Below are positions 28,202 to 37,428 of a DNA stretch of 64,000 nucleotides, one piece after another. The stretch lies in contig CAZLEV010000001.1 in the NCBI GenBank assembly GCA_964558645.1, forward strand, positions 349,568-413,567, written 5' to 3'. The position numbers were made by a program, and so were the translations under genes. The notes under the pieces are model-generated. The model was not told the DNA's origin. It was given only the letters and a program-made list of their open reading frames with translations, and made no database searches. The stretch comes from an uncultured archaeon (GTDB lineage Archaea; Asgardarchaeota; Thorarchaeia; Thorarchaeales; Thorarchaeaceae). The stretch's first letter is position 1. The number at the start of each line of letters is the position of its first letter.

Positions 28202-29782
28202 ATGCAAGGCACCAGAATCAGTCTAGTGAGTGTCACCGTTAGTCTGCTACTTCTCCCTCTCCTCCTCTTTCCAGTTCAGGTTGTATCACCCACCGTCAAT
28301 CAGCGGTTGCCATGTTGCCCTTCCATAGTGAGTCAGGAGCAATTCGAGATGACTTGGGCCTCTCGCGAAACACCTGAGCCACAGCTTGTCGAGGATGGAA
28401 TCTCGTTGGTTGGAGATGGAATCAGGATGAATGTGACATATCTGGGTGAGGCTCAGTCCATGAATGTCACGTTCACCTCGTCAATTGACTTCTGCAGCTA
28501 TGATCAGCTCGTGAAACCCAATGATGAATACAGTGCATTTTCAGGATCCATTGACACCACCCAGTTCGCATGGGAACGCATTGAGGGCATCCAGATGGGG
28601 GATGTTGTCGATCTCAGATGCGCCTTTTCGGGCGGGAATAGTGATGTTATGGCTTGGTGGGCTGATACAGAGAACTACACATGGACATACGAGAACAACA
28701 TAATTGAAGACTCAATGGTCACTGCGGCCAATCCCGAGACCGCTACCTTTCAGCCTGACAGGTCTGGTACATTGATGGTGGGAATCTACAACACTCAGAA
28801 GCAGGGAGGCATCTATACCCTAAACGCAAGCTCTACGACCACGTTCTTCGAAAGCAACGACAACAGCATTCTGATTAACGCATCTGTATGGGGGATAGCG
28901 ACGACCACTAACATGTCTGTCGCCGCGCGCGACAACCTTGGTAGTATGGCCTATGCTTCAAGGTATAGTCTGTATGTTGAGAACTTCTTTAGACCCGAGG
29001 TCTCCCATGTGGAGGTCTCGGGGAATGAGACGGCCAAGATGATCAGTTGGAACCTGAGTGACCGGAACACACTCGAAAGCCACTTTGCAGAGGTATACCT
29101 GTCGGCGGATCTTGGTGTGACCTACCAGCTGCTAGCCTCTGGCATAGCCGAAGACCGATTCTTCATGGACTTCTCAGGTTTTTCATATCGAGAGGACTAC
29201 AGGATACGAATCCGTATCACTGACAGTCGAGGACTTAGGGATACTGGAGAGTCCGAACCCTTTTCGGCAGGCGACTTGTCTTTGTCAGTTGAATGGAATC
29301 TGACATGGAATGGTTCTTCAGGTAACTTCAGTGCTGGGACACCTCTCACATTCAACTGGACTCTCGATTACTACGTTCCTACCAGCACATTCATCGCCTA
29401 TTTCGAGATCTATGTGAATGGAAGCTTCGAAGCAGGATGGTCCGATGGTTATGACGGTGGCCAAGGTCAGGTTCCAATCTCCTATCGATTTGAGGGATTT
29501 CCCTCGGGCCGCCATAATATCACACTCTGGACTGCACTCATGTATCCTTATGTTGAAACACATAGCTCTACTATTGTTAGCGTGATGGCTTCCTCGCCAA
29601 CAAGCAATACAACTCTCACCTGGTCGCCAACAACGGAACCAGGGTCGACAACCCGAGGAACTCCTAGAACGACAACCCCTTCGGAGATTTCTCCGCTTTC
29701 ACTTGCTGTCACAGCTCTAGGCGTGGGAATCATGATCGCGTTCGGCATTCCGCTGTATCGCGAGAGAACCCGATCAAGATGA
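28202..29782 (+). CDS. Cell-surface glycoprotein (beta-sandwich domains, Ser/Thr linker, C-terminal TM)
   Basis: Signal-like LVSVTVSLLLLPLLLFP, many NxT/S sequons, SSPTSNTT..TTEPGSTT linker, and a TM followed by RERTRSR. Confidence 0.75.
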   Translation: MQGTRISLVSVTVSLLLLPLLLFPVQVVSPTVNQRLPCCPSIVSQEQFEMTWASRETPEPQLVEDGISLVGDGIRMNVTYLGEAQSMNVTFTSSIDFCSYDQLVKPNDEYSAFSGSIDTTQFAWERIEGIQMGDVVDLRCAFSGGNSDVMAWWADTENYTWTYENNIIEDSMVTAANPETATFQPDRSGTLMVGIYNTQKQGGIYTLNASSTTTFFESNDNSILINASVWGIATTTNMSVAARDNLGSMAYASRYSLYVENFFRPEVSHVEVSGNETAKMISWNLSDRNTLESHFAEVYLSADLGVTYQLLASGIAEDRFFMDFSGFSYREDYRIRIRITDSRGLRDTGESEPFSAGDLSLSVEWNLTWNGSSGNFSAGTPLTFNWTLDYYVPTSTFIAYFEIYVNGSFEAGWSDGYDGGQGQVPISYRFEGFPSGRHNITLWTALMYPYVETHSSTIVSVMASSPTSNTTLTWSPTTEPGSTTRGTPRTTTPSEISPLSLAVTALGVGIMIAFGIPLYRERTRSR

Positions 29783-30151
29783 GCCACTCTTCACATTTGG
29801 GTCAACACTCATCCCTGAAAATGACATTACTTCTACCTGAGAACTATCCATCTATTAAGATACGCTTCTGCAGCCGCTTTGGTTGACTGCTTTCTCTGAG
29901 CTGCCTCTATGTTACCTTTCTTCACAGTCGTCACCTTCCTCGGGATTCGTAGTCTACTGCAAGTGATACAACGGTGTTCTTCGTAGCACCATTTGTGATG
30001 TTCGTCTTAGCTTCGGGTACATGTTTCCACATCTTCTAGCACCAAGAAGTACTATGGATGGTCACTCCTATTGGCGTTGATGAGAACTTCTGACCAGAAG
30101 ACTGACCAGTGCGTGACCAGAAACAGACAGCTCTACGAAAGAAAGCGAAAG

Positions 30152-30175
30152 AACTCCGGAGCAGACCCCGGAGTC
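30152..30175 (-). terminator. Stem-loop plus U-rich tract after ppdK
   Basis: Minus strand reads GACTCCGGG-GTCTGC-TCCGGAGTT then CTTTCGCTTTCTTTC, 12 nt after the stop. Confidence 0.6.
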
Positions 30176-30187
30176 TCTACTAGTTGC

Positions 30188-32905
30188 TTATTCGTTCTGT
30201 TTTGCCTCGATGGCCGCTTGGGCCGCAGCAAGTCGTGCGATTGGCAGTCTGAATGGAGAACAAGACACGTAGTCCAGTCCAATCTCATAGAAGAATTTGA
30301 CGGAGCGTGGGTCTCCTCCATGCTCACCGCAGACTCCAAGCTTGATGTCTGGACGGGTGCTTCTTCCCCTTCTGATAGCCTCCACAATGAGGTTTCCGAT
30401 GCCTCTCTTGTCGATGCTCTGGAATGGATCATTCCTCAGAATGTGTCTATCAAGGTACTCGGGGAGAAACGAGTCAATATCATCCCGGCTGAAACCGAAG
30501 CCCATCTGGGTCAAATCGTTGGTTCCGAATGAGAAGAATTCTGCTGTTTCTGCCATGTCGTTGGCTCTCATGCAGGCGCGAGGCAACTCGATCATCGTGC
30601 CAAGCATGAAGTCGATCTTCTCACCAGTATCCTCTTCGACCTCCCTGTGGGTTTTGTCTACTACCATCTTCATAGTCTTCAACTCTGCAGAGCCGACAGT
30701 GACTGGTATCATAATCTCAAGATGAACCTTCTTTCCTTCCTTCTGGAGCTCGATGGCGGCCTCAAGGATTGCCCTCACCTGCATCTCATAGATTTCGGGG
30801 TAGGTTATCGCAAGGCGAGCACCGCGATGCCCCATCATTGGATTGCTCTCACGTAGACCTTCTCCTCTTCTCCTGACCTCTTCAAGGGTGATGTTAAGCG
30901 CATGGGCCAGTCGCTCCTGCCCAATCTTGCTTTGAGGAACGAATTCATGAAGTGGTGGGTCTAGTAGTCTGATGGTCACCGGCTTATCCTCCATCACGGC
31001 CAATGTCGATCTTATGTCTGCTTTCACATAAGGTTCAAGATCTTCCAACGCAGAGAGCCTCTCTGTCCTTGTCTGGCTCATGATCATCTTTCTCAGAAGG
31101 AAAAGTGGTTCGTCGGACCCCTCGCCATAGAACATATGTTCAGTTCTCAAGAGGCCGATTCCCTCAGCTCCGAAATCCAGAGCTGTCTGAGCATCTTCAG
31201 GGTTATCCGCGTTGGCCCTGACACCCATATCACGATACCTGTCGACAACCTGCATGAAGCGCTGAAGTCTGGGATTCTTGGTCGAGTCCATCATCGGAAT
31301 CTCTTCATCATAGACAAGACCTTGGGTGCCATTGAGTGTGAAGATATCTCCCTCCTTGTATGTCTTGCCTTTGACCGTGACCTTCTTCTGGAATGGGTCG
31401 ATGCGTAGGGCACCCGCACCAACGATGCAACACTTACCCCAACCTCGCGTAACCAAGGCAGCATGGCTGGTCATTCCACCGCGGGCAGTGAGCAGGCCAT
31501 TTGCAGCACGCATTCCCTCTATGTCCTCGGGTGAGGTCTCTTCCCGGATAAGAATAACCTTCTTCCCATCTTCTGCCCATTCAACTGCATCTTCGGATGT
31601 GAACACGATGTGTCCCACCGCTCCCCCTGGTCCTGCGGGAAGCCCCTCTGCAATGGGCTGGGCCTTTGCCTCTTCATCGGGGTCTAGAATTGGATAGAGC
31701 AGCTGCCCAAGCTGATCGGGCTTCAGACGAAGCACCATTGTGGGTTCATCGATGAGCCCCTCTTTGAGCATGTCCATTGCGATGTTGAGCGCCGCTGTAG
31801 CAGTACGTTTTCCAACACGATGTTGGACTAAGAAGAGATTTCCTTCCTGAATTGTGAACTCCAGGTCCAGCATATCCTTGGAGTGTTCTTCCAATGTGTT
31901 TCGAATCTCACATAGTTCCTGGTAAATCTCTGGCATCTTCTCCTCGAGGGTTGGAAGATGTTTGTTCTGCTCATTCTTTGAAGCTTCATTCATCGGATTG
32001 GGCGTTCGGATACCGGCAACCACATCCTCTCCTTGCGCGTTGAACAGGCACTCTCCGTAGTATATGTTCTCTCCCGTTGCCGGATTTCTTGTGAAGGCGA
32101 CACCCGTTGCCGAGTTCTCTCCCATGTTACCGAATACCATTGTCTGGACCGTGCATCCAGTTCCCCACTCATCTGGGATGTTCTCTATGCGACGATAAGA
32201 CACCGCACGCGCCCCGTTCCAGCTCTTGAAGACCGCAGTGATCGCACCCCAGAGTTGTTCATGAGGATCGTCAGGAAATTCCTTTCCAAGAACGTCTTTG
32301 ACACGTTGCTTGAACTCCACGATTAGTTCCTTTAGCATGTCAGTGGTGAGCTCGGTATCTAGCGTGATTCCCGCCTCTTCCTTCTTCTTGTTCATGAGCC
32401 ACTCGAGCTGGTTTCTAATGCCTTCTCCTTCCTCTGGACGTATTCCTTCCGCCTTTTCCATCACTACGTCTGCGTACATCATTATCAGGCGTCTGTATGT
32501 ATCATAGGCAAACTTCTCATTGTTGGTTCGTTCTATCAGGCCTTTGATGGTTTCTGATGTGAGCCCAATATTCAGGACCGTGTCCATCATTCCTGGCATT
32601 GATACTCTTGCACCTGACCGACAGGACACGAGCAGAGGGTTCTTGTCATCGCCGAATGTTTCCCCCATGATGCCTTCGACCCACTTGAGTGCGTCTTCTA
32701 CCTGCTTCTGAACATTCTCGGGAATCTCGTCTGTCTTCATGTAGTCCACACAGACGTTAGTAGAAATCGTGAATCCCGGTGGCACTGGAAGGCCCAGAAG
32801 CGTTGCACTGGCAAGGGACGCTCCTTTTCCTCCTAGTGTATTCTTCATGGTTCCATCGCCATCAGCGTGGCCATCGCCAAATCTGTAAACTTCTCTATCA
32901 CTCAT
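30188..32905 (-). CDS. ppdK: Pyruvate, phosphate dikinase
   Basis: LGGKGA, PLLVSCRSGA..SMPGMMDT, GGMTSHAA (phospho-His), RTEHMF, NPMMGHRG, SFGTNDLTQ and CGEHGG motifs. Confidence 0.97.
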   Translation of the reverse strand: MSDREVYRFGDGHADGDGTMKNTLGGKGASLASATLLGLPVPPGFTISTNVCVDYMKTDEIPENVQKQVEDALKWVEGIMGETFGDDKNPLLVSCRSGARVSMPGMMDTVLNIGLTSETIKGLIERTNNEKFAYDTYRRLIMMYADVVMEKAEGIRPEEGEGIRNQLEWLMNKKKEEAGITLDTELTTDMLKELIVEFKQRVKDVLGKEFPDDPHEQLWGAITAVFKSWNGARAVSYRRIENIPDEWGTGCTVQTMVFGNMGENSATGVAFTRNPATGENIYYGECLFNAQGEDVVAGIRTPNPMNEASKNEQNKHLPTLEEKMPEIYQELCEIRNTLEEHSKDMLDLEFTIQEGNLFLVQHRVGKRTATAALNIAMDMLKEGLIDEPTMVLRLKPDQLGQLLYPILDPDEEAKAQPIAEGLPAGPGGAVGHIVFTSEDAVEWAEDGKKVILIREETSPEDIEGMRAANGLLTARGGMTSHAALVTRGWGKCCIVGAGALRIDPFQKKVTVKGKTYKEGDIFTLNGTQGLVYDEEIPMMDSTKNPRLQRFMQVVDRYRDMGVRANADNPEDAQTALDFGAEGIGLLRTEHMFYGEGSDEPLFLLRKMIMSQTRTERLSALEDLEPYVKADIRSTLAVMEDKPVTIRLLDPPLHEFVPQSKIGQERLAHALNITLEEVRRRGEGLRESNPMMGHRGARLAITYPEIYEMQVRAILEAAIELQKEGKKVHLEIMIPVTVGSAELKTMKMVVDKTHREVEEDTGEKIDFMLGTMIELPRACMRANDMAETAEFFSFGTNDLTQMGFGFSRDDIDSFLPEYLDRHILRNDPFQSIDKRGIGNLIVEAIRRGRSTRPDIKLGVCGEHGGDPRSVKFFYEIGLDYVSCSPFRLPIARLAAAQAAIEAKQNE

Positions 32906-33049
32906 CTAATCACAGCCTATTGCTAGCCAGATTCGATTCTCGTAGCGGGTGTCCGTACATTCGGAACTTACCTGCACGGCGAAACTGCATTGGGTGTGCC
33001 GTTGGAGTACTATCTCTCAACCTATTGTAGTCAATCTGGCCCGAGCAAT

Positions 33050-33057
33050 TTTATATA
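33050..33057 (-). promoter_or_regulatory. Candidate TATA box for ppdK
   Basis: TATATAAA on the minus strand about 145 nt upstream of the ppdK ATG. Confidence 0.35.
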
Positions 33058-33082
33058 TCCAACTGAAGGGGAACTTCCTCTA

Positions 33083-33847
33083 TTAATATGCGGTCTTCAG
33101 GAATTTTGTGATGTGAGGAAGCACCAGTTCGCTACGGTATGCGGCATCCACATGATTGAGCTCTGGGATGGAAACAAAGGTAACGTTAGGCATTTCCTTA
33201 GCGCCTTTAAGTGCCCCGGGATAAGATGGGTCCTCCTCACCCACGAATATCATACATGGCATGGTTATAGTTGGAAGAACATCCTCAAAACCGATTCTCC
33301 AGTCCCTCGATGAAACCAAGGCAATCAAGGCCGCGAGGTCATTAGATCTGAACTGGGACTTTAATCCGGGTGTCATCCATTTCCCAAATATCTTGTCTGT
33401 CATAGCAAGTGTGGCTTCCATGCCCTTCTCGTAGACTTCACGAAAGAAGTTCGGCTTGTCTGGGTCACCTTCATGCGGATCCACTCCGCCAATAATGATG
33501 GAACTAAGGCGCTTAGGAGCGTGCTTAGCTATGCCAAATCCTATCCATCCCCCCATCGAATATCCTAGAAAATGGGCTTGTTGCATTTCAACGGCATCCA
33601 GAACAGCAACAACATCAGCGGATAATAGATCCAATGTATAGGATTCTGGACTATGAGGCTTGTCGCTGGCACCGTGCCCCCTGGCATCCACCAAAATGAG
33701 CTGGTGATTCCTTTTCAGTTCGACAACATAGCCAGCATCATGCCAAAACCGCAGGCTACCTCCCAAACCATGCAGAAGAATGAGTGGCGGGCCTTCGCCT
33801 TCGATTTCGTAATGAATACGAACTTCTTCATTATTTGCATAAGGCAT
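33083..33847 (-). CDS. Alpha/beta fold hydrolase
   Basis: LLHGLGG, DARGHG, GYSMGG, GEED and NH motifs give a complete triad. Confidence 0.92.
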   Translation of the reverse strand: MPYANNEEVRIHYEIEGEGPPLILLHGLGGSLRFWHDAGYVVELKRNHQLILVDARGHGASDKPHSPESYTLDLLSADVVAVLDAVEMQQAHFLGYSMGGWIGFGIAKHAPKRLSSIIIGGVDPHEGDPDKPNFFREVYEKGMEATLAMTDKIFGKWMTPGLKSQFRSNDLAALIALVSSRDWRIGFEDVLPTITMPCMIFVGEEDPSYPGALKGAKEMPNVTFVSIPELNHVDAAYRSELVLPHITKFLKTAY

Positions 33848-34126
33848 GCTTCAGTTCACCGTTTAGATTGTTTTAGTTCGAAATCATTTGACTGAAATTT
33901 CAGAAGAGTTTTTCCTTTTCTATTTATGTAAGAGAGGAATGGATGCCGAAGATGCTATATTGAAAAACAAGATGCTACGCTAATATATGGAAGACCTATC
34001 GAGACTCTGCTTAGGACGGCTGTCCAGACATTGGTTCTGGTGTTCCGCCATCTATTCTCGAATCGAGCCATAATGGAATCCTTTTTCTTGCTGACCTTTA
34101 TGTCAGGACTATAAGTCCAGAGAGGA

Positions 34127-35599
34127 ATGACAATGATTGACCTTACAGTTCACCCTGAGCAGCTCGAGAGGACCATTGAGCGATGCCGAGAGCGGAGCAT
34201 CGTGGTCCCCACCTTCGAACAGATGAAACACCCGGAGAAGACTCCTGACCAGATCAAAGAGGAGCTCAAGGATATCGGTCTCTGGGACATCGTTCCCCAG
34301 AATCTGTTCCGCATCACCTGGAAGAACGAACCAGTAGAAGAAGGTGGTCTCTTCAGGGATGTCGCGAACTACATGGAGATCCCCTCCGAGCTTACGGGAG
34401 TGGATGCACGGATCATTGCCCTGGTTGGCAAATGGTTCCCCACAGGTGCTCACAAGGTGGGTGCCACTTTTGGTTGTCTAGTCCCTCCTCTTGTTACGGG
34501 GCAGTTCGACCCAACCAGGCACAAGGCGGTCTGGCCGTCAACCGGGAATTACTGTCGGGGTGGTGCCTATGACGCCACCCTGTTGGCCTGTGAGAGCATC
34601 GCCGTCCTCCCGGAGGAGATGTCGCAGGAGCGGTTTGACTGGCTCAAGAAGGTGGCTGGTGAGATCATTGCCACACCGGGTTCTGAGAGCAATGTTAAGG
34701 AGATCTATGACAAGGTGTGGGAGCTCCGTCGTACCCGAGAGGACATTTTTGTGTTCAACCAGTTCAGCGAGTTCGGCAATTATCTCTGGCACTATGATGT
34801 GACCGGCCACGCAATGGAGGAGGTGCTTGAGCGGGAGCTGGGTAACGATAGATACCACGGTCTCTGTCTGACCACGGGGTCTGCTGGAACGCTGGGCTGC
34901 GGCGACTACATGAAGCAGGCCTTTCCGACATCCAAGGTTGCGGCTGGTGAGGCACTGCAGTGTCCGACCCTGCTTCTCAACGGCTACGGTGCCCATCGCA
35001 TCGAGGGTATCGGGGACAAGCATGTGCCTTGGATCCACAACGTCCGGAACACAGACATGGTCATAGCCATCGATGATAATGACACGATGAGTCTCATCCG
35101 TCTGTTCAACGAGCCTGCCGGACGAGATTACTTGGTTGACGAGGTGGGTCTCAGTGAGGAGTTTGTGAATCAGCTGGACCTGCTGGGTATCTCAAGCGTT
35201 GCGAATCTGCTCATGTGCATCAAGTACGCCAAGTACTACGAGCTCACCGAGAACGATGTGATCCTCACGGTGTTCACTGATTCCATGGAGCTCTATCAGT
35301 CTCGGCTGAAACAGGCAAGAGAGCAATACGGCGAGTACATCCGTGACGATGCGGTTCGGGACTACCACCGACACCTTCAGGCCATGAAGACTGACGCGAT
35401 GCAAGAGCTCACGTTCTATGAGCGGAAGCGGATCCATCATCTGAAGTACTTCACGTGGATCGAGCAGCAGCAGTTCCCCTTGGAGGAGCTCAACCGTCAG
35501 TGGTACGAGTACGATGAGTACTGGTCAGATATCCAGAACTCGGTGCCGAAGATTGATGAAAAGATTGAGGAGTTCAATAAGAGTGTGGGATTGGTATGA
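34127..35599 (+). CDS. PLP-dependent fold-type II enzyme (TrpB/cysteine synthase-like)
   Basis: FPTGAHKVG (PLP lysine), STGNY, TTGSAGT and HRIEGIGD motifs. Confidence 0.85.
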   Translation: MTMIDLTVHPEQLERTIERCRERSIVVPTFEQMKHPEKTPDQIKEELKDIGLWDIVPQNLFRITWKNEPVEEGGLFRDVANYMEIPSELTGVDARIIALVGKWFPTGAHKVGATFGCLVPPLVTGQFDPTRHKAVWPSTGNYCRGGAYDATLLACESIAVLPEEMSQERFDWLKKVAGEIIATPGSESNVKEIYDKVWELRRTREDIFVFNQFSEFGNYLWHYDVTGHAMEEVLERELGNDRYHGLCLTTGSAGTLGCGDYMKQAFPTSKVAAGEALQCPTLLLNGYGAHRIEGIGDKHVPWIHNVRNTDMVIAIDDNDTMSLIRLFNEPAGRDYLVDEVGLSEEFVNQLDLLGISSVANLLMCIKYAKYYELTENDVILTVFTDSMELYQSRLKQAREQYGEYIRDDAVRDYHRHLQAMKTDAMQELTFYERKRIHHLKYFTWIEQQQFPLEELNRQWYEYDEYWSDIQNSVPKIDEKIEEFNKSVGLV

Positions 35600-35711
35600 T
35601 GCCTGCCTGCGAGTGCTAGAACACCCTTATGGGAGAGGCTCTCAATGATGGTTTCCTCCTGATTGCAAGACGCGGCACTGCCGTCCAAAACACCTGCCGT
35701 TATCCTTGGGA

Positions 35712-37160
35712 TTAAGCTGACTTGGCTCCCGACCGTGCATCTCTTCTCTCGTAATAGTCCCAAGCTCGTGAGAGTGCATGTATGGCTTCTGCCATGCTCC
35801 GGAATACCGGAAGGTTGTGCTTGACGAAGATCTCCCAGGCATCGGCCCGGGACTCGTGGTATGCGAAATCCGGGATTGCGACTAGGACTGGTTTCTTCTG
35901 ATTCCTCATGACATCCGCCCCAGCCTCTGCCATGGCCTCCCAGAATCCATCAATCACGTCAAGAGCTCCCATGATTGTCGCGACTTGGTGGATATTATGC
36001 ACGTCCGCCTCTAGAATGAGGGAGTCAAACCGGGGATCGCTTCCTGCAACCCGCACGACTTCTGACATTGTCTGATCCTGATAGTAGTCTGCCGCCATAT
36101 CTATAGGATTAGTCAGTCCAGTCCCCACATCTTTGATTAATGGATCGAGCTTCTCTATCGTTTCCTTGGATGTGGGAGGCACCTTGAGACCCGCTTCTAT
36201 ACAGAGGTCCGTGTATACTACGCTGGTACCGCCACTTATGGCAACGAGCCCGATTCGTGGACTCTTCGGTATTGGACACTGTGCAAACACTGCCAATGTG
36301 GCTACCAAGTCTTCGATGGTTCCTACTGTGGCGATGTTTGCCTGTCTGAATGCTGCTGACCATATTTGGTTGCTGCCCGCGAGTGCTCCTGTGTGCGATG
36401 AGGCTGCCCGTGAACCCTCAGATGAACGACCTCCTTTCAACGCCACCACCGGTTTCGTGGAAGCCAGCTCGCGAAGGGAGAAGAGCAGGTCCCTTGCTTG
36501 TGGGGAGCCTTCTAGATACATACCAACAACGGAGGTTTCGTCGTCATCAATGAAGTAGTCCACAATCTCCTTTGGCTTTATATCCATCTGATTTCCGAAG
36601 CTGAAGAGCTTGCTGAATCCTATTCCTCCCTCCGCTCCGACGGTGTACGTTGCTATGGCAATGCCGCCCGATTGTGAGAGAAACCCTACATCACCAATCG
36701 AGCGCTTTACGGTGGGCATGAACGCAAATCCGAGCTTGGGGTAACAGAGACCCATACAGTTGGGTCCTAGGACTCTGATTGGTAACGAGTTGACCAGCTG
36801 TGAGAGTTCCTCTTCTCGCTGTCTTCCCTCTTCGGTTCCTAATTCTGAATACCCACTGGTGAACACAGTGAATCCCTTGGCCCCCTTCTCTGTACAGTCA
36901 CGTATTATTTCCGGAACGTAGGGGTAGGGAACGCGCACAATTGCGTAGTCAATTTTCTCAGGAATGTCGTGAACGGTCGGGTATATCGTGTGGCCCAACG
37001 CTTCTCCAGTCCTCTTGGAAACAAGCCAGACCCTCAAATCATGATCCCACTGGAGCATCGAGTGCGCCCAGTAGTAACCCATCTTCATAGAGGCCCCAAC
37101 AATGGCCACTGACTGAATATCAAGCATCTCTCGGATTGAGGGTTTCTTAACAGAACTCAA
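35712..37160 (-). CDS. ADP-forming acyl-CoA synthetase alpha subunit (CoA-binding/ligase)
   Basis: VAIVGAS, GPNCMG, SQSGG, SHTGALAG (phospho-His) and NPID motifs. No beta subunit is present in the window. Confidence 0.85.
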   Translation of the reverse strand: MSSVKKPSIREMLDIQSVAIVGASMKMGYYWAHSMLQWDHDLRVWLVSKRTGEALGHTIYPTVHDIPEKIDYAIVRVPYPYVPEIIRDCTEKGAKGFTVFTSGYSELGTEEGRQREEELSQLVNSLPIRVLGPNCMGLCYPKLGFAFMPTVKRSIGDVGFLSQSGGIAIATYTVGAEGGIGFSKLFSFGNQMDIKPKEIVDYFIDDDETSVVGMYLEGSPQARDLLFSLRELASTKPVVALKGGRSSEGSRAASSHTGALAGSNQIWSAAFRQANIATVGTIEDLVATLAVFAQCPIPKSPRIGLVAISGGTSVVYTDLCIEAGLKVPPTSKETIEKLDPLIKDVGTGLTNPIDMAADYYQDQTMSEVVRVAGSDPRFDSLILEADVHNIHQVATIMGALDVIDGFWEAMAEAGADVMRNQKKPVLVAIPDFAYHESRADAWEIFVKHNLPVFRSMAEAIHALSRAWDYYERRDARSGAKSA

Positions 37161-37428
37161 CAGGTTGGCTCCTAGTATTGTGTGGAGGTTTTCTTGTGTG
37201 ATTTAAGCATAGCGACCTTAGGAGTGTGTATGGCTCTATGAGTCCTGAGTACCTCTTGACAGAACAAAGCAAATGATTGTTAGAACACAACCTTTAACCG
37301 AACAAGGATAGACGAAGCAGTAAGTGCTGAGACGGGCTATCGAAAGCGATTAATACAGCCCAGAATACGAAAGGCCAACTGAAGGGTCTGTCCCATCGAC
37401 TCGGCAAAGACGATAAATACGGAGTAAC

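Noticed and set aside
29790-30090. Hidden gene or RNA in the gap between the surface protein and ppdK
   Set aside because: Only ~33-codon ORFs without recognisable motifs were found, and no tRNA-like fold.
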